Source of the DNA: a virus
Direction: 5' to 3' (one strand)
IMG/VR virus record: IMGVR_UViG_3300049811_000099
Span: 1 to 61,909 of that record
DNA length: 61,909 nucleotides
Part shown: in pieces, positions 41,090 through 51,862 of the stretch
Position numbering within the stretch: position 1 is the stretch's first letter
Layout of the letters: the number at the start of each line of letters is the position of its first letter
Position numbers and translations under genes: made by a program
Notes under the pieces: generated by a model
Databases searched by the model: none
The model's input: the letters and a program-made list of their open reading frames with translations, nothing else
Told to the model about the DNA's origin: nothing

Positions 41090-42139
41090 GTGGCCGTCGA
41101 TATCTACACCACCGCGGAGTTGCTGGAGATCACCAGCAACATCCGTCAGTCCACGCCTGCCTTCTGGAGCACGTTCTTCACGCGGCAGATCAACTTCACC
41201 ACCGAGGAAATCTTCTTCGACGTGGTGAACGCCGACTACCGCAAGCTCGCGCCGCTGGTCGTGCCGAACGTCCAGGGCAAGGGCATGCGCGGTGTCCAGC
41301 CGTACACCAGCCTGTCGTTCAAGCCGGCCTACATCAAGATCAAGGACTCCATCGACCCGTCGCGCGTGATCGAGCGCCGTGCCGGTGAGCAACTGATCGC
41401 GGGCAGCCTGACGCCGCAGCAGCGCAAGGACGCGGCGATTGCCGACGTGCTGCGCTACCACGACACGCTGCTGGCGAACCGGATGGAGTGGATGGCCGCG
41501 CGTGCGCTGATCGAGGCGAGCGTCACCCTGACCGGCGAGGACTACCCGACGACCACGGTGAACTTCCAGCGCCACGCCTCGCTGACGTACACCCTGTCGG
41601 GTGGTGCGCTGTGGAGCGCGGGCACGGCAACGCCGCTGGCCGACATCCGCAACGCCCGGATCAACGCGCAGAACCGCTCGGGCGCCACCATCCGCCGCAT
41701 CGTCTTCGGCGGCACGGCCTGGGATCTGTTCACGGCCCGCGTTGACCTGAAGGCCGAGCAGGACCGCAACTTCGGCGGCAAGACCGTCGAGATCCAGCGC
41801 GACTTCGACGGCTTCGACGGTCAGGAGTACATGGGTCGCTACGGCGGCATCTTTGGCGGCAACGCCATGGAACTGTGGGTGGACCGCTCGAAGTTCGTCG
41901 ATGAGGCGGGCAACGAGCAGTTCTACATGCCGCAGAACAACGTCGTCGGCTTCGCTGACATCGAGGGCGTGCGCTGCTTCGGTGCCATCAAGGACTTCGA
42001 CGCCAACCTGCTGCCGCTGGAGCGTCACCAGAAGATGTGGCGCCAGGAAGACCCGAGCGGTGAGTTCATCCTCACCCAGTCGGCTCCGCTGATGGTGCCG
42101 AAGAAGCCGAACGCGAGCTTCCGCCTGATCGTCAGCTAA
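41090..42139 (+). CDS. Major capsid protein, lambda gpE type
   Basis: 349 aa. The N-terminus DIYTTAELLEI...FF..E.IFFDVV..DYRKLAPLVVP is typical of the gpE family. Confidence 0.85.
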   Translation: MAVDIYTTAELLEITSNIRQSTPAFWSTFFTRQINFTTEEIFFDVVNADYRKLAPLVVPNVQGKGMRGVQPYTSLSFKPAYIKIKDSIDPSRVIERRAGEQLIAGSLTPQQRKDAAIADVLRYHDTLLANRMEWMAARALIEASVTLTGEDYPTTTVNFQRHASLTYTLSGGALWSAGTATPLADIRNARINAQNRSGATIRRIVFGGTAWDLFTARVDLKAEQDRNFGGKTVEIQRDFDGFDGQEYMGRYGGIFGGNAMELWVDRSKFVDEAGNEQFYMPQNNVVGFADIEGVRCFGAIKDFDANLLPLERHQKMWRQEDPSGEFILTQSAPLMVPKKPNASFRLIVS

Positions 42140-42203
42140 TCCCTGACGGCAACCCGCGAAGGGGTGGCTTCGGCCACCCCTGAGTTCACCCAAGGAGATC
42201 CAC

Positions 42204-42395
42204 ATGCCCATTCGTGTCCCCCTGCAGTCGGTCGTCGTTCTTCGCAACAAGCAGAGCGTCACGCCGCCGCTGGACAAGCCCTTCGAGTTCACCGACGACG
42301 AGATCGCGCAGATCGAGGCTGTCAACCCGGCCGCGCTGTCCGATGTCATCACCGTCCCGGTGGCCGAATTCGACAAGAAGCCCGAGGACATCTGA
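42204..42395 (+). CDS. Small hypothetical head-associated protein (63 aa)
   Basis: AAGGAG SD. Operon position. Confidence 0.5.
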   Translation: MPIRVPLQSVVVLRNKQSVTPPLDKPFEFTDDEIAQIEAVNPAALSDVITVPVAEFDKKPEDI

Positions 42396-42396
42396 C

Positions 42397-42759
42397 ATGC
42401 CGTTCGACTTCGCTTCGGTGAAGTCTCTTGCGCGCCGAACGGTCAATGCGACCTTCGGCGTGCGAGCGTTCTACACGGACGATTCGGTGAGTGCCGTTGA
42501 ACTCCGCGCTCGCCTGCACAACCGTCTCGCCAAGCCGTATGGCGATCTCACGGACGGCGCAGGTTACGCAGAAGTGATCGAGGGCATTGACCGAATCGTG
42601 CTAATCCCGGAAGACTTGAGCGGATTCCCCATCACGCTCAAGCGGGGTGGTGTGATGACGTTCCCTGACACCCACCCGGGCCAAGAGTTCGTTCTGGATG
42701 TCCAAGAGCCCGACGCTCAGTCGTGGCCCGAAGTCGCTTGGCAGGTGTCCAAGAAATGA
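42397..42759 (+). CDS. Head-tail connector / head completion protein (tentative)
   Basis: ATG 42397 lies 1 nt after the upstream stop. 120 aa. Call is from position only. Confidence 0.5.
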   Translation: MPFDFASVKSLARRTVNATFGVRAFYTDDSVSAVELRARLHNRLAKPYGDLTDGAGYAEVIEGIDRIVLIPEDLSGFPITLKRGGVMTFPDTHPGQEFVLDVQEPDAQSWPEVAWQVSKK

Positions 42760-43367
42760 CCGTCTCGATCATCGCGGATGCCCTGAAGGACATCACCGAA
42801 TACTTCGTCGCGCTCCCGGAGATCGCGACGAAAGCGATGGTCATTGCCGTGAACGAGACGGCTCGCGACTCCGAAGTGGACTTCCGCAGCGCGATGGGCA
42901 AGCAGATCAGCTTCCCGAAGAACTACTTGCGAGGCAACCGCTTCGGTGTCACTCGCAAGGCCACGCGCGGTGCGATTGAAGCGACGATCACCGCTCGGGA
43001 CCGCCCGACCTCGCTGGCTCGCTTTGCCGGGAATGCCACGCCTGAGAACTCGCGTAGCAAGCCCCTGACGCTGCGTGTCAAGGCTGCAGGCCGGGCTGTG
43101 AAGTTGGTTCGCCAGGACGGCAAGCCAAGTGCGTTCTTGGTGCGCCTGAAGAACAACAACATCGGTCTCGCGGTTCGGCTCAGGCAAGGGGAGCAACTGG
43201 CCAACAGCACGGCCGCAGTGCAACTCGCGAACAACCTCTACCTGCTCTACGGACCATCGGTCGATCAGGTGTTCCAGGATGTCGCCGAGAAGGGCACGCC
43301 CGATGTGCAGCGCATGACCACGCAGAAGTTCCTGCGTCAGTTCGCGAGGTTGAGCGGCCGTGGCTGA
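42756..43367 (+). CDS. Neck / tail-completion protein (tentative)
   Basis: ATG 42756 overlaps the upstream stop (ATGA). 203 aa. Confidence 0.5.
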   Translation: MTVSIIADALKDITEYFVALPEIATKAMVIAVNETARDSEVDFRSAMGKQISFPKNYLRGNRFGVTRKATRGAIEATITARDRPTSLARFAGNATPENSRSKPLTLRVKAAGRAVKLVRQDGKPSAFLVRLKNNNIGLAVRLRQGEQLANSTAAVQLANNLYLLYGPSVDQVFQDVAEKGTPDVQRMTTQKFLRQFARLSGRG

Positions 43368-43872
43368 CCCGATCAAGTTGCAAGTCCTCAAGGCGCTCAC
43401 AACGCTGTTGGAGGGCATCGTTCCCTCGTCATACGAAGGGCGCACCGTTCCGGCCACGCTCGCGGGTCGCGTCTTCCGTGGTCGTTCACGCTTCGGTGAC
43501 AACGACCCGGACCTGATGCTGTCGATCCTCGAAGCGCCGCGTGGCGGGGTGTCATTCTTCGCGGGCGAGAACGAAGCACGGCGCGACCGATGGCCGCTGC
43601 TGATTCAGGGCTGGTGCCCGGACGACAAGGACAACCCGTCCGATCCGGTGTACCTGCTGCTCGACGACGTGGAGAAGCGGCTTGACCGCATTGTCGCGTC
43701 GTCCCCGAACACGGGTTATCCGAAGTTCCCCGAGCACTACATGCTGGGGCAGTTGATTGTCGATTTCGAGATGCAGATGGGCGTTGTCCGTCCGCCGACC
43801 GAGAATGTTTCGAGCAAGAGTTTCTTCTACCTTCCGGTGCAGGTTGGGCTTGCTCGAATTTCGCGTGAGTAA
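43360..43872 (+). CDS. Tail terminator / completion protein (tentative)
   Basis: GTG start overlaps the upstream end. 170 aa, immediately before the tail tube gene. Confidence 0.5.
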   Translation: MADPIKLQVLKALTTLLEGIVPSSYEGRTVPATLAGRVFRGRSRFGDNDPDLMLSILEAPRGGVSFFAGENEARRDRWPLLIQGWCPDDKDNPSDPVYLLLDDVEKRLDRIVASSPNTGYPKFPEHYMLGQLIVDFEMQMGVVRPPTENVSSKSFFYLPVQVGLARISRE

Positions 43873-43915
43873 AATTCAACCTGCGGTTTTCGCGTCCACC
43901 CTCTAGGAGCCCAAC

Positions 43916-44737
43916 ATGCCCATCACGTCCGATCTCGGCGGCAAGAACTACACGCTCGGCCGTGGCCGGCTGTTCTTCAGTCGCTACACCGCTGCCCAAC
44001 TCGCGGCTGGCATCACCAGTGCCACCCGTGGCGAAGGTGAGCTCTTCTTCGGCAACGTGCCCGAATTCACCCTGGCCACGACTGAAGAGGTGCTGGATCA
44101 CTTCGCGTCCACTGGCGGCATCCGCATCAAGGACGATTCGGTCACGCTGCAACTCGACCGCACCGGTTCGTTCACCACCGACAACATCTCGATGGAGAAT
44201 CTGGGCCTGCTGTTCACGTCGGCGGGCACGACCACCGTGACGCAGACGGCGCAGACGAACCAGAACTTCACCATCACGGCTGCGCGGCCCGGCCGCTTCT
44301 ACCAGATCGGTGAGACGGCGCTCAACCCGAGCGGCGTGCGTCGGCTGTCGAACATCACGGTCAACAAGGGCGCCGGCTTCGCCACGTCTGTCGCTGCCAC
44401 CGGCAACTGGGAAGTGGACGAGGAACTCGGCCGCATCTACGTCCTGCCCGGCTCCGTGGACATCCCTGCCGACACCGACATCCGTGTGACGTACAACCAA
44501 GCGGCCGTCACGCGCGAGCAGGTCGTCTCGTCGTCGCAGTCGATCTACGGTGCGCTGAAGTGGGTGAGCGACAACCCGAAGGGCGCCAACCGCGACATGC
44601 TGATGCCCTACGTCAAGCTCTCCCCGGAGGGTGACTACTCGCTCGTGGGCGACGAGTGGCAGTCGATGACGTTCGCCTACGAGATCCTCCAGAAGGGCTC
44701 GCTGGCTGGCGTCTACATCGACGGTCGCCCGGCCTGA
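43916..44737 (+). CDS. Major tail (tube) protein
   Basis: 273 aa directly upstream of the G/GT chaperone pair. Strong GGAG SD. Confidence 0.65.
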   Translation: MPITSDLGGKNYTLGRGRLFFSRYTAAQLAAGITSATRGEGELFFGNVPEFTLATTEEVLDHFASTGGIRIKDDSVTLQLDRTGSFTTDNISMENLGLLFTSAGTTTVTQTAQTNQNFTITAARPGRFYQIGETALNPSGVRRLSNITVNKGAGFATSVAATGNWEVDEELGRIYVLPGSVDIPADTDIRVTYNQAAVTREQVVSSSQSIYGALKWVSDNPKGANRDMLMPYVKLSPEGDYSLVGDEWQSMTFAYEILQKGSLAGVYIDGRPA

Positions 44738-44756
44738 CGCCTGACCGGAGAACCGC

Positions 44757-45191
44757 ATGTCCCTCGCCGGCTACCAACCGGAGCGCCGCACGATCACGGC
44801 AGGCGGGGGCCAGTCATTTACCGTGACTGGTCTCTCGCTGAATCACGTGTCCGTGCTCATGCGCGAGCACTTTCCCGACCTGGGAGCGATCTTCGATCTC
44901 TTCCAGAACGTCGATCAGATGACCAAGGCGGACTTCGAGCCGCTCGCCTTGTCGGTCATCTCGCAGGCGCCGGGGTTTGCCGCGAATGTCATCGCCTTGG
45001 CTGCCGGTGAGGGGTCTGCGGAAGATGCCGAGCGGCTTCCCGCCCCGGTCCAACTCAAGGCTCTCGTCGAGATCGGTGAGATGACCTTCGCGGAGGTCGG
45101 CGGCGTGGGAAAAGCGTTGGAGATGGTCACGGGTCTCCTGCGCAAGCCAAGCGTCCACGAGGCGCTCGCCAAGATCGGCAAGCCCGAGTAA
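44757..45191 (+). CDS. Tail assembly chaperone (gpG-like)
   Basis: Positioned before the tape measure gene. Contains the slippery site near its 3' end. Confidence 0.75.
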   Translation: MSLAGYQPERRTITAGGGQSFTVTGLSLNHVSVLMREHFPDLGAIFDLFQNVDQMTKADFEPLALSVISQAPGFAANVIALAAGEGSAEDAERLPAPVQLKALVEIGEMTFAEVGGVGKALEMVTGLLRKPSVHEALAKIGKPE

Positions 45192-45430
45192 TCGAGCTTT
45201 ACCACGGTCTTCGCCGTGACGTGAGTCTGCTGCTTTCGGAGGGTCATCTACACGCAAGAGACTACCCGATAGCAGTCGTGTGGAGTGAATCGAGGATCGT
45301 GCGTCAGCGCAACGCCATGCGCGTCAAGCTGGACACCTCGTTGATGCAGATGGTCATTGGTTCGGTGTTCGACAAGAAGGCAGGCAAGCAACTGTCGGAC
45401 ATCCTGAAGAGGCTCGACGAAAGTGACTGA
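44757..45430 (+). CDS. Tail assembly chaperone fusion (gpGT-like) made by -1 programmed frameshift at 45107..45113
   Basis: The -1 frame is open from 45080 to the TGA at 45428-45430. The zero-frame heptamer G GGA AAA lies inside the overlap. Confidence 0.7.
45107..45113 (+). other. Slippery heptanucleotide G GGA AAA (X XXY YYZ) for the G/GT frameshift
   Basis: Zero-frame codons GGA AAA preceded by G. Same class as the lambda G GGA AAG site. Confidence 0.7.
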
Positions 45431-48400
45431 CCAGAAGACGCTCGACCTGATCATCCGCGCCCAGTTGAAGGGCGGCAAGGATATCGCCTCGATCACCAAG
45501 CAGATTGAGGAACTGGGTCGAGCGATTGAAAGTCAGTCGGCCGCCGCGCAACGCGGCGAGTCGTCAATCGACGAACTCAAGGCGTCCCTCGCGGCGCTGA
45601 AGATCACGCAAGACGGTCTGCTCGCGCAAGGCCGCCTTCTTGCCAGTTTCCAGAAGCTCGGAGAGACGATCTCCGACATCAAGGGTCGTGTCGATCAGGC
45701 CCGTGCTGCGTATGACGGCTACGTCACCAGCATCGCGGATGTCGAAGAAAAGACCGCCAAGCAGATCCGCGAGCAGGATCGCTTGGAGAAGGCTTACAAC
45801 CGCGCGCAGACTGCGTTGGAGAAGCAGAGTGCTCGGTACGAGCAACTCGGCAATGCGCTTCGAGAACTCGGTCTTGATACCAATGACTTGCTTGGGTCGC
45901 AGACGCGCCTGGAGCGCACGGCCGCGAACCTGGGCGTCACCATCGGCAAAGGCCAGGAGGCGATTGCCGGGTATGCCGACACGGTGCGCAAGGCGCGCGA
46001 GCAAACCGCCACCCTGGGCAAGCAGCAGCGTGATGCTGCCCGTGACGCGGAATTGTTCGCTGCTGCCCAAGAGCGCGCAGAACGCGCTGCCCAGCAGCGG
46101 GCTCAAGACGCACAGACATTCCTCGTGGAGCGGCCCGCCGAGCGACAGGCTGCGGCTGCGGCTGCAGCCCGAGCCGACGCTGAAGCACAGGCCCAACTTC
46201 AGCGCCAGCGCGCACTGGCGGAACTGCGGCGCGACATCGAAGAGCGGAGTGCTCAGTCTGCTCGTGAGCAGGCCCGTGATACAGGCTTGCGCAAGACCGC
46301 TGATGATGCCGAAGCCGCAGCCCGTGGCTACACCACGCTGGCACGTGCGTCGAACAACCTGCGACCGCGGGTCGTGTCGCTGCGAGAGGCAATCACCGGC
46401 ATCACCGATCCGGCAACCGCAGCCCGCACATCCCTGTCCGGGGTTGAGAAGCAGATCGAGGAACTCGGCGGTGCGCTCGACCCCGCCAAGAACTCGATTC
46501 GTGAATACCAGGAACGACTCAGGGAACTTCAGGCTGCTCAGAAGGCTATCTCGGGTCAGGCGAACCTGATCGACGATTTCAGGAAACAGACCGTCGCCCT
46601 TCGCGAGCAACGGGCAGAACTGCAGGCTGCCCGTGCGCAGGTCGCACAGTACGCCGCAGCGGTGCGCGAGGGTGGCGCGGCTGCCGAGCAGTTCACGCAG
46701 CCACTGGCCGAAGCGGAAGCCCGCCTTCGTCGTGCTGCCGTGGCCATGCGCCAGCAGGTCGAAGCCACCCGGCAAAGCCGCGAGGCGCTTCGTGCCGCAG
46801 GCATTGACACCCGCAACCTTGCCGATGCTCAGGATCGACTGACCACGGCTGCACAGCGCAGCACGGCGGCAGTACGACAACTGGCCGAAGGTGCGCGCAA
46901 TGTTGGCACTGCCAGCAAGCAAGGTGCTGAAGGCTTCTCGGTCTTCAACGACGAGGGTCGGACTACCCTGTCGCTTGCACAGCGCATTCGCGGCGAGATT
47001 CTTGCGCTCACAGCCACCTACATCGGTCTTCAGGGCGTACTTACCCTAGCTGGTGATTCCCTGCGTGCTTCTACGGCGCAGGAAGGTCTGCGCAACACGC
47101 TCGCGTTCGCGCTCGGCAGCGATGGCGCGCAAGTCACACAGCAGATCGAGTATCTGCGCCAGCAGGCGGATCGCCTGGGCATTGCGTTCGACGAGGCGTC
47201 CAAGTCTTACTCGCGCTTCGCGGCTGCGGCCATTCGGTCTGGTGCGCCGCTTCAAGAAGCCAACTTCATCTTCGAGTCGTTTGCCGAGGTTGGCCGGGTC
47301 ATCAACCTGACCCCTGATCAGATCAACGGCATCTTCAACGCCATCGGCCAGTCGTTCTCGAAGGGCAAGATTCAGGCCGAAGAACTGCGCCAGCAGATCG
47401 GTGAGAGGTTGCCCGGTGCGTTCGCATTCGCGCAAGAGGCGCTGCGCAAGCAGTTCCCGGATCTCAACAAGGCGCTGGAGCAGGGCCTCGTGGGCGCCGA
47501 GAACATGGCGATCATCGCTGAGTCGGTGCGCCGTGCTGCCGCTGGTCAGCTTCCCGCGGCCATCCGCTCGCTTGACGCCGAGCAGCAGCGGTTCAACAAC
47601 TCGGTGCTCTTCTTCAAGCAGGAGATTGCTGACTCGGGCTTCGGTCAGGCGTACATCAATCTTCTCAAGGAACTCACCGAACTCCTGAAGAGCGAAGACG
47701 GCAAGCAGTTTGCGCAAGACCTGTCCGGCTTGTTCAGCGCCGTCACCAGCGTCATTCGTTTTCTGGTCGAGAACTTCCGCGAGCTTCAGGCTGTCGCGGG
47801 CATCGTCGCCGGGCTCCTTGGGGTCAAGGTCTTCGGTGCGTTGATTGCTGGTGCGACAGCGGCAAAGGCAGCCGTAGCTGGACTCGCACTCTCACTCACG
47901 GCGCTGCAGAAGGCGCTGCTTGTTCTGAGTGCGTTCGTCGTCGGCTGGAACATTGGTTCGCTGCTCCGCGACAAGTTCGTGGAAGTCGAGCTATTCGGCA
48001 TTGCGCTTGTGCGCGGCTTGCTAGAAGCCTTCGCTAACCTGAAGGCTGGAATCCTTGTCGTCTTCTTCGATCTGCCTCGCATTGCGTCGAATGCATTCAA
48101 GAGCCTGATCAACCTGTTCAACAACGTCTTCGCGCGTCCGCTGATCCTGGTGATGCGGAACATTGCAGACGCGCTCCAACTGGACGGTGCTGTCCGCGGC
48201 TTGGACCGTGCGCTTGATGCGCTGACGCTGCGCCTGAACTTCGAGCTTGGAGACAACGCTGCCGGCGCTCGCCGTCAGGCTGAAGCTGAACTGCGGCAGA
48301 TCCGCGAGATCACCGACCTGATGGCTGACGATGCGATTCGTCGTCGTCAGCCGCAAGTCAGCCGCCCGGGACAGCCGACAGCCGCGCCACCCGCTCGCAG

Positions 48401-49829
48401 CACTTCCAACAACACCGGCCCGACTGAAGGCGAGATCAATGCCCGCCAGCGGAAGATCGAGGCGCTCGACAACGCACTGAACGCGCTCGACGCGCGAGTC
48501 AACCGTACCGACACGCAGACGCTGGCTTCACAACTAGCCGCTGTCGATCTGGAAGCCAAGCGCATTCAGAAGCAGATCGACGAGATCAAGAAGTTCAACC
48601 CCGAGGCTGCTGGGCAGGCGCAGGTTCGCTTCGACGCGCTCGTGGCCGAGCAGCGTGCGGCCGTCACCAAGAAGTTCAACGATCAGATTGCGGCAGACCG
48701 CGAGGCGCTGCTCAAGAAGGTCGAGGCTGCAGAGGCTGCCGCTGGACGCAAGGAACGGCTCAACCTGCAAGCCCGCCTGGACGCCATTCGCAAGGACTAC
48801 GCCCAGCTATACCGGCAGATCGAAGAGGATCGTGTCAAGGCGCAGGCGAACAACCTGTCCACGGGCGATCTCGACGGACTGCTCGACCGCACGCGACAAG
48901 CCGAGCAAGACCGGCTTGCCGCTGAAGAGCGCAAGTTCAACCTCGAAGAACTGCAGCGCCGCGAGACGCAGATCAACGATCTCGTCAAGGCCCGCGAACA
49001 GACCTTGCGGACTATCGAGCAAGTCGCGCAGGCCGGGCTCATCACGCGACAAGAGGCAGACCAGCAGTCGCTGAATGTCCTCGCGCAGACGCAGCCGAAG
49101 ATCGTCGAGCTTGCCGAAGCAGGGCGGCAGTTCGCGATTTCGATGCAAGGCGCCATCGACCCGGCAGCCTTGGACGAGTTCATCACGAAGTTGGATCTCG
49201 CGGTGGCCAGCGCAGGCGGGCTCTCCACGGAGTTCGACCGTACCGGAGCCATCATTCGCAACGGCATTGGTCGTGGCGTGGACTCGGTGCTCAACAACAC
49301 GGCCGACAAGATTCAGCAGGTTGTCGAGGGCACGGCCAAGTGGGGCGACGTGTTCCAGTCTGTCAGCACGACAATCCTGCAGTCGCTGGCGCAGATCCTC
49401 CGTGAGATCGGCATTGCGATCTTGCGTCAGCAAGTCCTGCTGGCCTTGCGAGTTACCGGGCTTCCTGTCCCGGTGGCGCACAGTGGGGCAGTCGTCGGTC
49501 AGGGCTCCAACCGGACTCGCAACGTCTCGCCGCTGCTCTTCGCTGGAGCCCCGCGTTACCACACGGGCGGCATCGTCGGCCTCGCACCTGACGAGTACCC
49601 GGCGATCCTGCAGAAGAACGAGGAAGTGCTGTCCACGAGCGACCCGCGCAACGTGATGAACGGCGGGCTCTCCCGCGGCGCCGCACAGCCCAAGGCACAA
49701 CGCTTCGTTCTCGTAGACGACCGCAGCAGGGTGGCCGAGGCGATGTCCGGTGCCGAAGGCGAAGAAGTGACCATGGTGCATCTGCGGAAGAACATCCCGA
49801 CGCTGCGCCAGTTGATCAAGGGTGGGTGA
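45423..49829 (+). CDS. Tape measure protein (1468 aa)
   Basis: Largest ORF. Highly helical and Ala/Gln/Arg-rich, with a central hydrophobic block. Follows G/GT. Confidence 0.9.
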   Translation: MTDQKTLDLIIRAQLKGGKDIASITKQIEELGRAIESQSAAAQRGESSIDELKASLAALKITQDGLLAQGRLLASFQKLGETISDIKGRVDQARAAYDGYVTSIADVEEKTAKQIREQDRLEKAYNRAQTALEKQSARYEQLGNALRELGLDTNDLLGSQTRLERTAANLGVTIGKGQEAIAGYADTVRKAREQTATLGKQQRDAARDAELFAAAQERAERAAQQRAQDAQTFLVERPAERQAAAAAAARADAEAQAQLQRQRALAELRRDIEERSAQSAREQARDTGLRKTADDAEAAARGYTTLARASNNLRPRVVSLREAITGITDPATAARTSLSGVEKQIEELGGALDPAKNSIREYQERLRELQAAQKAISGQANLIDDFRKQTVALREQRAELQAARAQVAQYAAAVREGGAAAEQFTQPLAEAEARLRRAAVAMRQQVEATRQSREALRAAGIDTRNLADAQDRLTTAAQRSTAAVRQLAEGARNVGTASKQGAEGFSVFNDEGRTTLSLAQRIRGEILALTATYIGLQGVLTLAGDSLRASTAQEGLRNTLAFALGSDGAQVTQQIEYLRQQADRLGIAFDEASKSYSRFAAAAIRSGAPLQEANFIFESFAEVGRVINLTPDQINGIFNAIGQSFSKGKIQAEELRQQIGERLPGAFAFAQEALRKQFPDLNKALEQGLVGAENMAIIAESVRRAAAGQLPAAIRSLDAEQQRFNNSVLFFKQEIADSGFGQAYINLLKELTELLKSEDGKQFAQDLSGLFSAVTSVIRFLVENFRELQAVAGIVAGLLGVKVFGALIAGATAAKAAVAGLALSLTALQKALLVLSAFVVGWNIGSLLRDKFVEVELFGIALVRGLLEAFANLKAGILVVFFDLPRIASNAFKSLINLFNNVFARPLILVMRNIADALQLDGAVRGLDRALDALTLRLNFELGDNAAGARRQAEAELRQIREITDLMADDAIRRRQPQVSRPGQPTAAPPARSTSNNTGPTEGEINARQRKIEALDNALNALDARVNRTDTQTLASQLAAVDLEAKRIQKQIDEIKKFNPEAAGQAQVRFDALVAEQRAAVTKKFNDQIAADREALLKKVEAAEAAAGRKERLNLQARLDAIRKDYAQLYRQIEEDRVKAQANNLSTGDLDGLLDRTRQAEQDRLAAEERKFNLEELQRRETQINDLVKAREQTLRTIEQVAQAGLITRQEADQQSLNVLAQTQPKIVELAEAGRQFAISMQGAIDPAALDEFITKLDLAVASAGGLSTEFDRTGAIIRNGIGRGVDSVLNNTADKIQQVVEGTAKWGDVFQSVSTTILQSLAQILREIGIAILRQQVLLALRVTGLPVPVAHSGAVVGQGSNRTRNVSPLLFAGAPRYHTGGIVGLAPDEYPAILQKNEEVLSTSDPRNVMNGGLSRGAAQPKAQRFVLVDDRSRVAEAMSGAEGEEVTMVHLRKNIPTLRQLIKGG

Positions 49830-51862
49830 TGCCTGCCAGTCCAGTTTTCGGTTTCGCGGTTCCAGCGCCACATGCTGCGTCATTCACGGATGGCGAGCAG
49901 GCGCTGTCCGTGGCATCGCCGTTCAACAGCGCGCCCGCGAACACGGCGTTCCGCCTTGCTCGATGGTTTGACTTCGACGGCGGGGTCTATGAGTTCAAGC
50001 ACATCGCTGACGACACGGCGGTGTGGCTCCTGTCGATCACTGCGAACAACGGCCGCATCCTGTTCGGCGGCAGCGCGGCCAACGCAGGCGTGGGTACGAA
50101 CAGCGTCTACATCCCCCGTGGCCGTTTCCGCCTGGACGTGCTGCTCACGAACATGGGCTCGACGCCCAGCAATTGCTATATCGCGCTGTCGATCCGGCAA
50201 GCCGGCCGGCTGGTCTACACGTCAAGCCCGAGCGGCTGGGTCTTCGACACGACGGTGATCCCGGACAGTCAGGTGCCCCTGCTGACGGACGTGCGCCTGA
50301 CCTACCCGCTGTTCTCCCTCACGCCGAACTGGTCGGGTGGCGTCACCGAGCGCGTCACCTTCGGCACCGAGATCCTCCCGAGCGAGACTGACAGCGAGCA
50401 ACGCCGGTCGTTCCGCCGATTCGCTCGCCGGTCGTTCGAGGCTTCGTTCTTGCGGCAAGGCGCAAATCGCAGCCGCATGGACAACTTCTTCATGGGCGTC
50501 GGGAAGAGCGAGATGCTGGTGCCCCTGTGGCACGAGCAGCAGCGCCTTTCTGCAACTCTGGGATCAACCTACGAGTTCCCAGAAGGCTCGCTGATCTATC
50601 GGGAGTTCCGGGCCGGGCAGATGGCCGTGGTCATGCGCGGGCCGTCCGACTTCGAGTTGCTGACGATCCAGGCGCACAACCTCGACACCGACACCATCAC
50701 GTTCACTGCGGCGCCATCCGGGTCTTGGGGCCTGGATTCGATCTTGATGCCGGTCAGGGCTGCGCGCCTTGTCGATGCCGTCCGGTTCGAGAACCTGACC
50801 GACAACGTGGCCACGGTGCAGGCTCGCTTCGAGTTGCTTGACCCGCTGACGTGGCCCGATCCTTCCTGGGGCTACTGCTCGCCGCTGTTCCGCTTCCGCG
50901 CCAACCGGGCAACCGCGCTGTCGATTGACTTCGACCGTCTGGTCTACCCGATTGACAACGAGACCGGGATGATGGAGGTGGTCGATCCAGCGCAGAAGAC
51001 GCGGCTCGGCACTCGCTTTGCGGTCGTGCTGCGTGGTCGCGATGCGCTCTACCGCTTCAGGCAGTTCATCGCCAAGGCTCGCGGTCGTGCGGTTCGCTTC
51101 TGGATGCCCGACTGGATGCAAGACATCATCCCGGCCGGCGACATTCAGGGCGCCTACATCGACGCCATCCCGGCAGGCTTCAGCGACTACGTGCGCTCGT
51201 ACCAGGACGCGCGCCAGATGATCGGCGTGGAGTTCCTCGACGGGCGGCCCACGCTGTTCCGCGAGGTCACTCAGGTCAGCCGCGTCGGTCAGGTCGAGCG
51301 GTTCGTCGTGAACCCGGCATTGCCGCCAATCCTGAAATCCGACGTGGCGCGCGTGATGTTCGTGCTGCCAACGCGCTTCGATCAGGACGGCTTCGAGTTG
51401 CAGCACATGGCCGACCAAGGGTCTGTCGTGCAGACCACGCTGGTCACGCGATCCGCGGAGCGCGCTGGCTTGCCGCCTATCGAGTGCTTCACCACGTCGA
51501 TGCCGTACCCGGTGGCCGAGGTGGACGCGCTCGACATGGCGCCCTCGCTGGTGTCGCTGTCACTGACCGTTTTCTCGGTCGAGCCCGAAGCAGTCAGCAC
51601 GTCGATGACGTTCGTTTCGGGCGAGATTCGCGAACTGCTCAAGCAGTACGGCTACGTCGAAGGGCTGACAATCGGGGCTACGTTGCAGGCCGGCGCGCTG
51701 CGCACGGTGCTTCTGGCGTACAACAACTGGCCGCCAGAGGCGATGGAAGTCAGCGTCTCGCTGCAAGCCGGCACGCTGCGCACTCTGCTCATTCAGTACA
51801 ACAACTACCCGCCCGAAGCACTCAACATCAACGCAGAGTTGATCGGAGGAACACTATTGTGA
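49826..51862 (+). CDS. Distal tail / minor tail protein (678 aa) with C-terminal 26-aa repeats
   Basis: ATGA overlap with the tape measure gene. The C-terminus repeats LQAGxLRTxLxxYNNxPPEAxxxxxx two to three times. Confidence 0.6.
   Translation: MMPASPVFGFAVPAPHAASFTDGEQALSVASPFNSAPANTAFRLARWFDFDGGVYEFKHIADDTAVWLLSITANNGRILFGGSAANAGVGTNSVYIPRGRFRLDVLLTNMGSTPSNCYIALSIRQAGRLVYTSSPSGWVFDTTVIPDSQVPLLTDVRLTYPLFSLTPNWSGGVTERVTFGTEILPSETDSEQRRSFRRFARRSFEASFLRQGANRSRMDNFFMGVGKSEMLVPLWHEQQRLSATLGSTYEFPEGSLIYREFRAGQMAVVMRGPSDFELLTIQAHNLDTDTITFTAAPSGSWGLDSILMPVRAARLVDAVRFENLTDNVATVQARFELLDPLTWPDPSWGYCSPLFRFRANRATALSIDFDRLVYPIDNETGMMEVVDPAQKTRLGTRFAVVLRGRDALYRFRQFIAKARGRAVRFWMPDWMQDIIPAGDIQGAYIDAIPAGFSDYVRSYQDARQMIGVEFLDGRPTLFREVTQVSRVGQVERFVVNPALPPILKSDVARVMFVLPTRFDQDGFELQHMADQGSVVQTTLVTRSAERAGLPPIECFTTSMPYPVAEVDALDMAPSLVSLSLTVFSVEPEAVSTSMTFVSGEIRELLKQYGYVEGLTIGATLQAGALRTVLLAYNNWPPEAMEVSVSLQAGTLRTLLIQYNNYPPEALNINAELIGGTLL

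Noticed and set aside
39236-46922. Very long antisense ORFs opposite the structural genes (39236..40702, 40910..42391, 43397..44758 and 45564..46922, all minus strand; also 48807..49883, 20824..21726 and 22106..22876).
   Set aside because: These are typical shadow ORFs of high-GC DNA. They are Arg/Gly/Pro-rich, low-complexity translations with no start signals, and the sense strand carries recognisable portal, protease, capsid, tail and tape measure genes.
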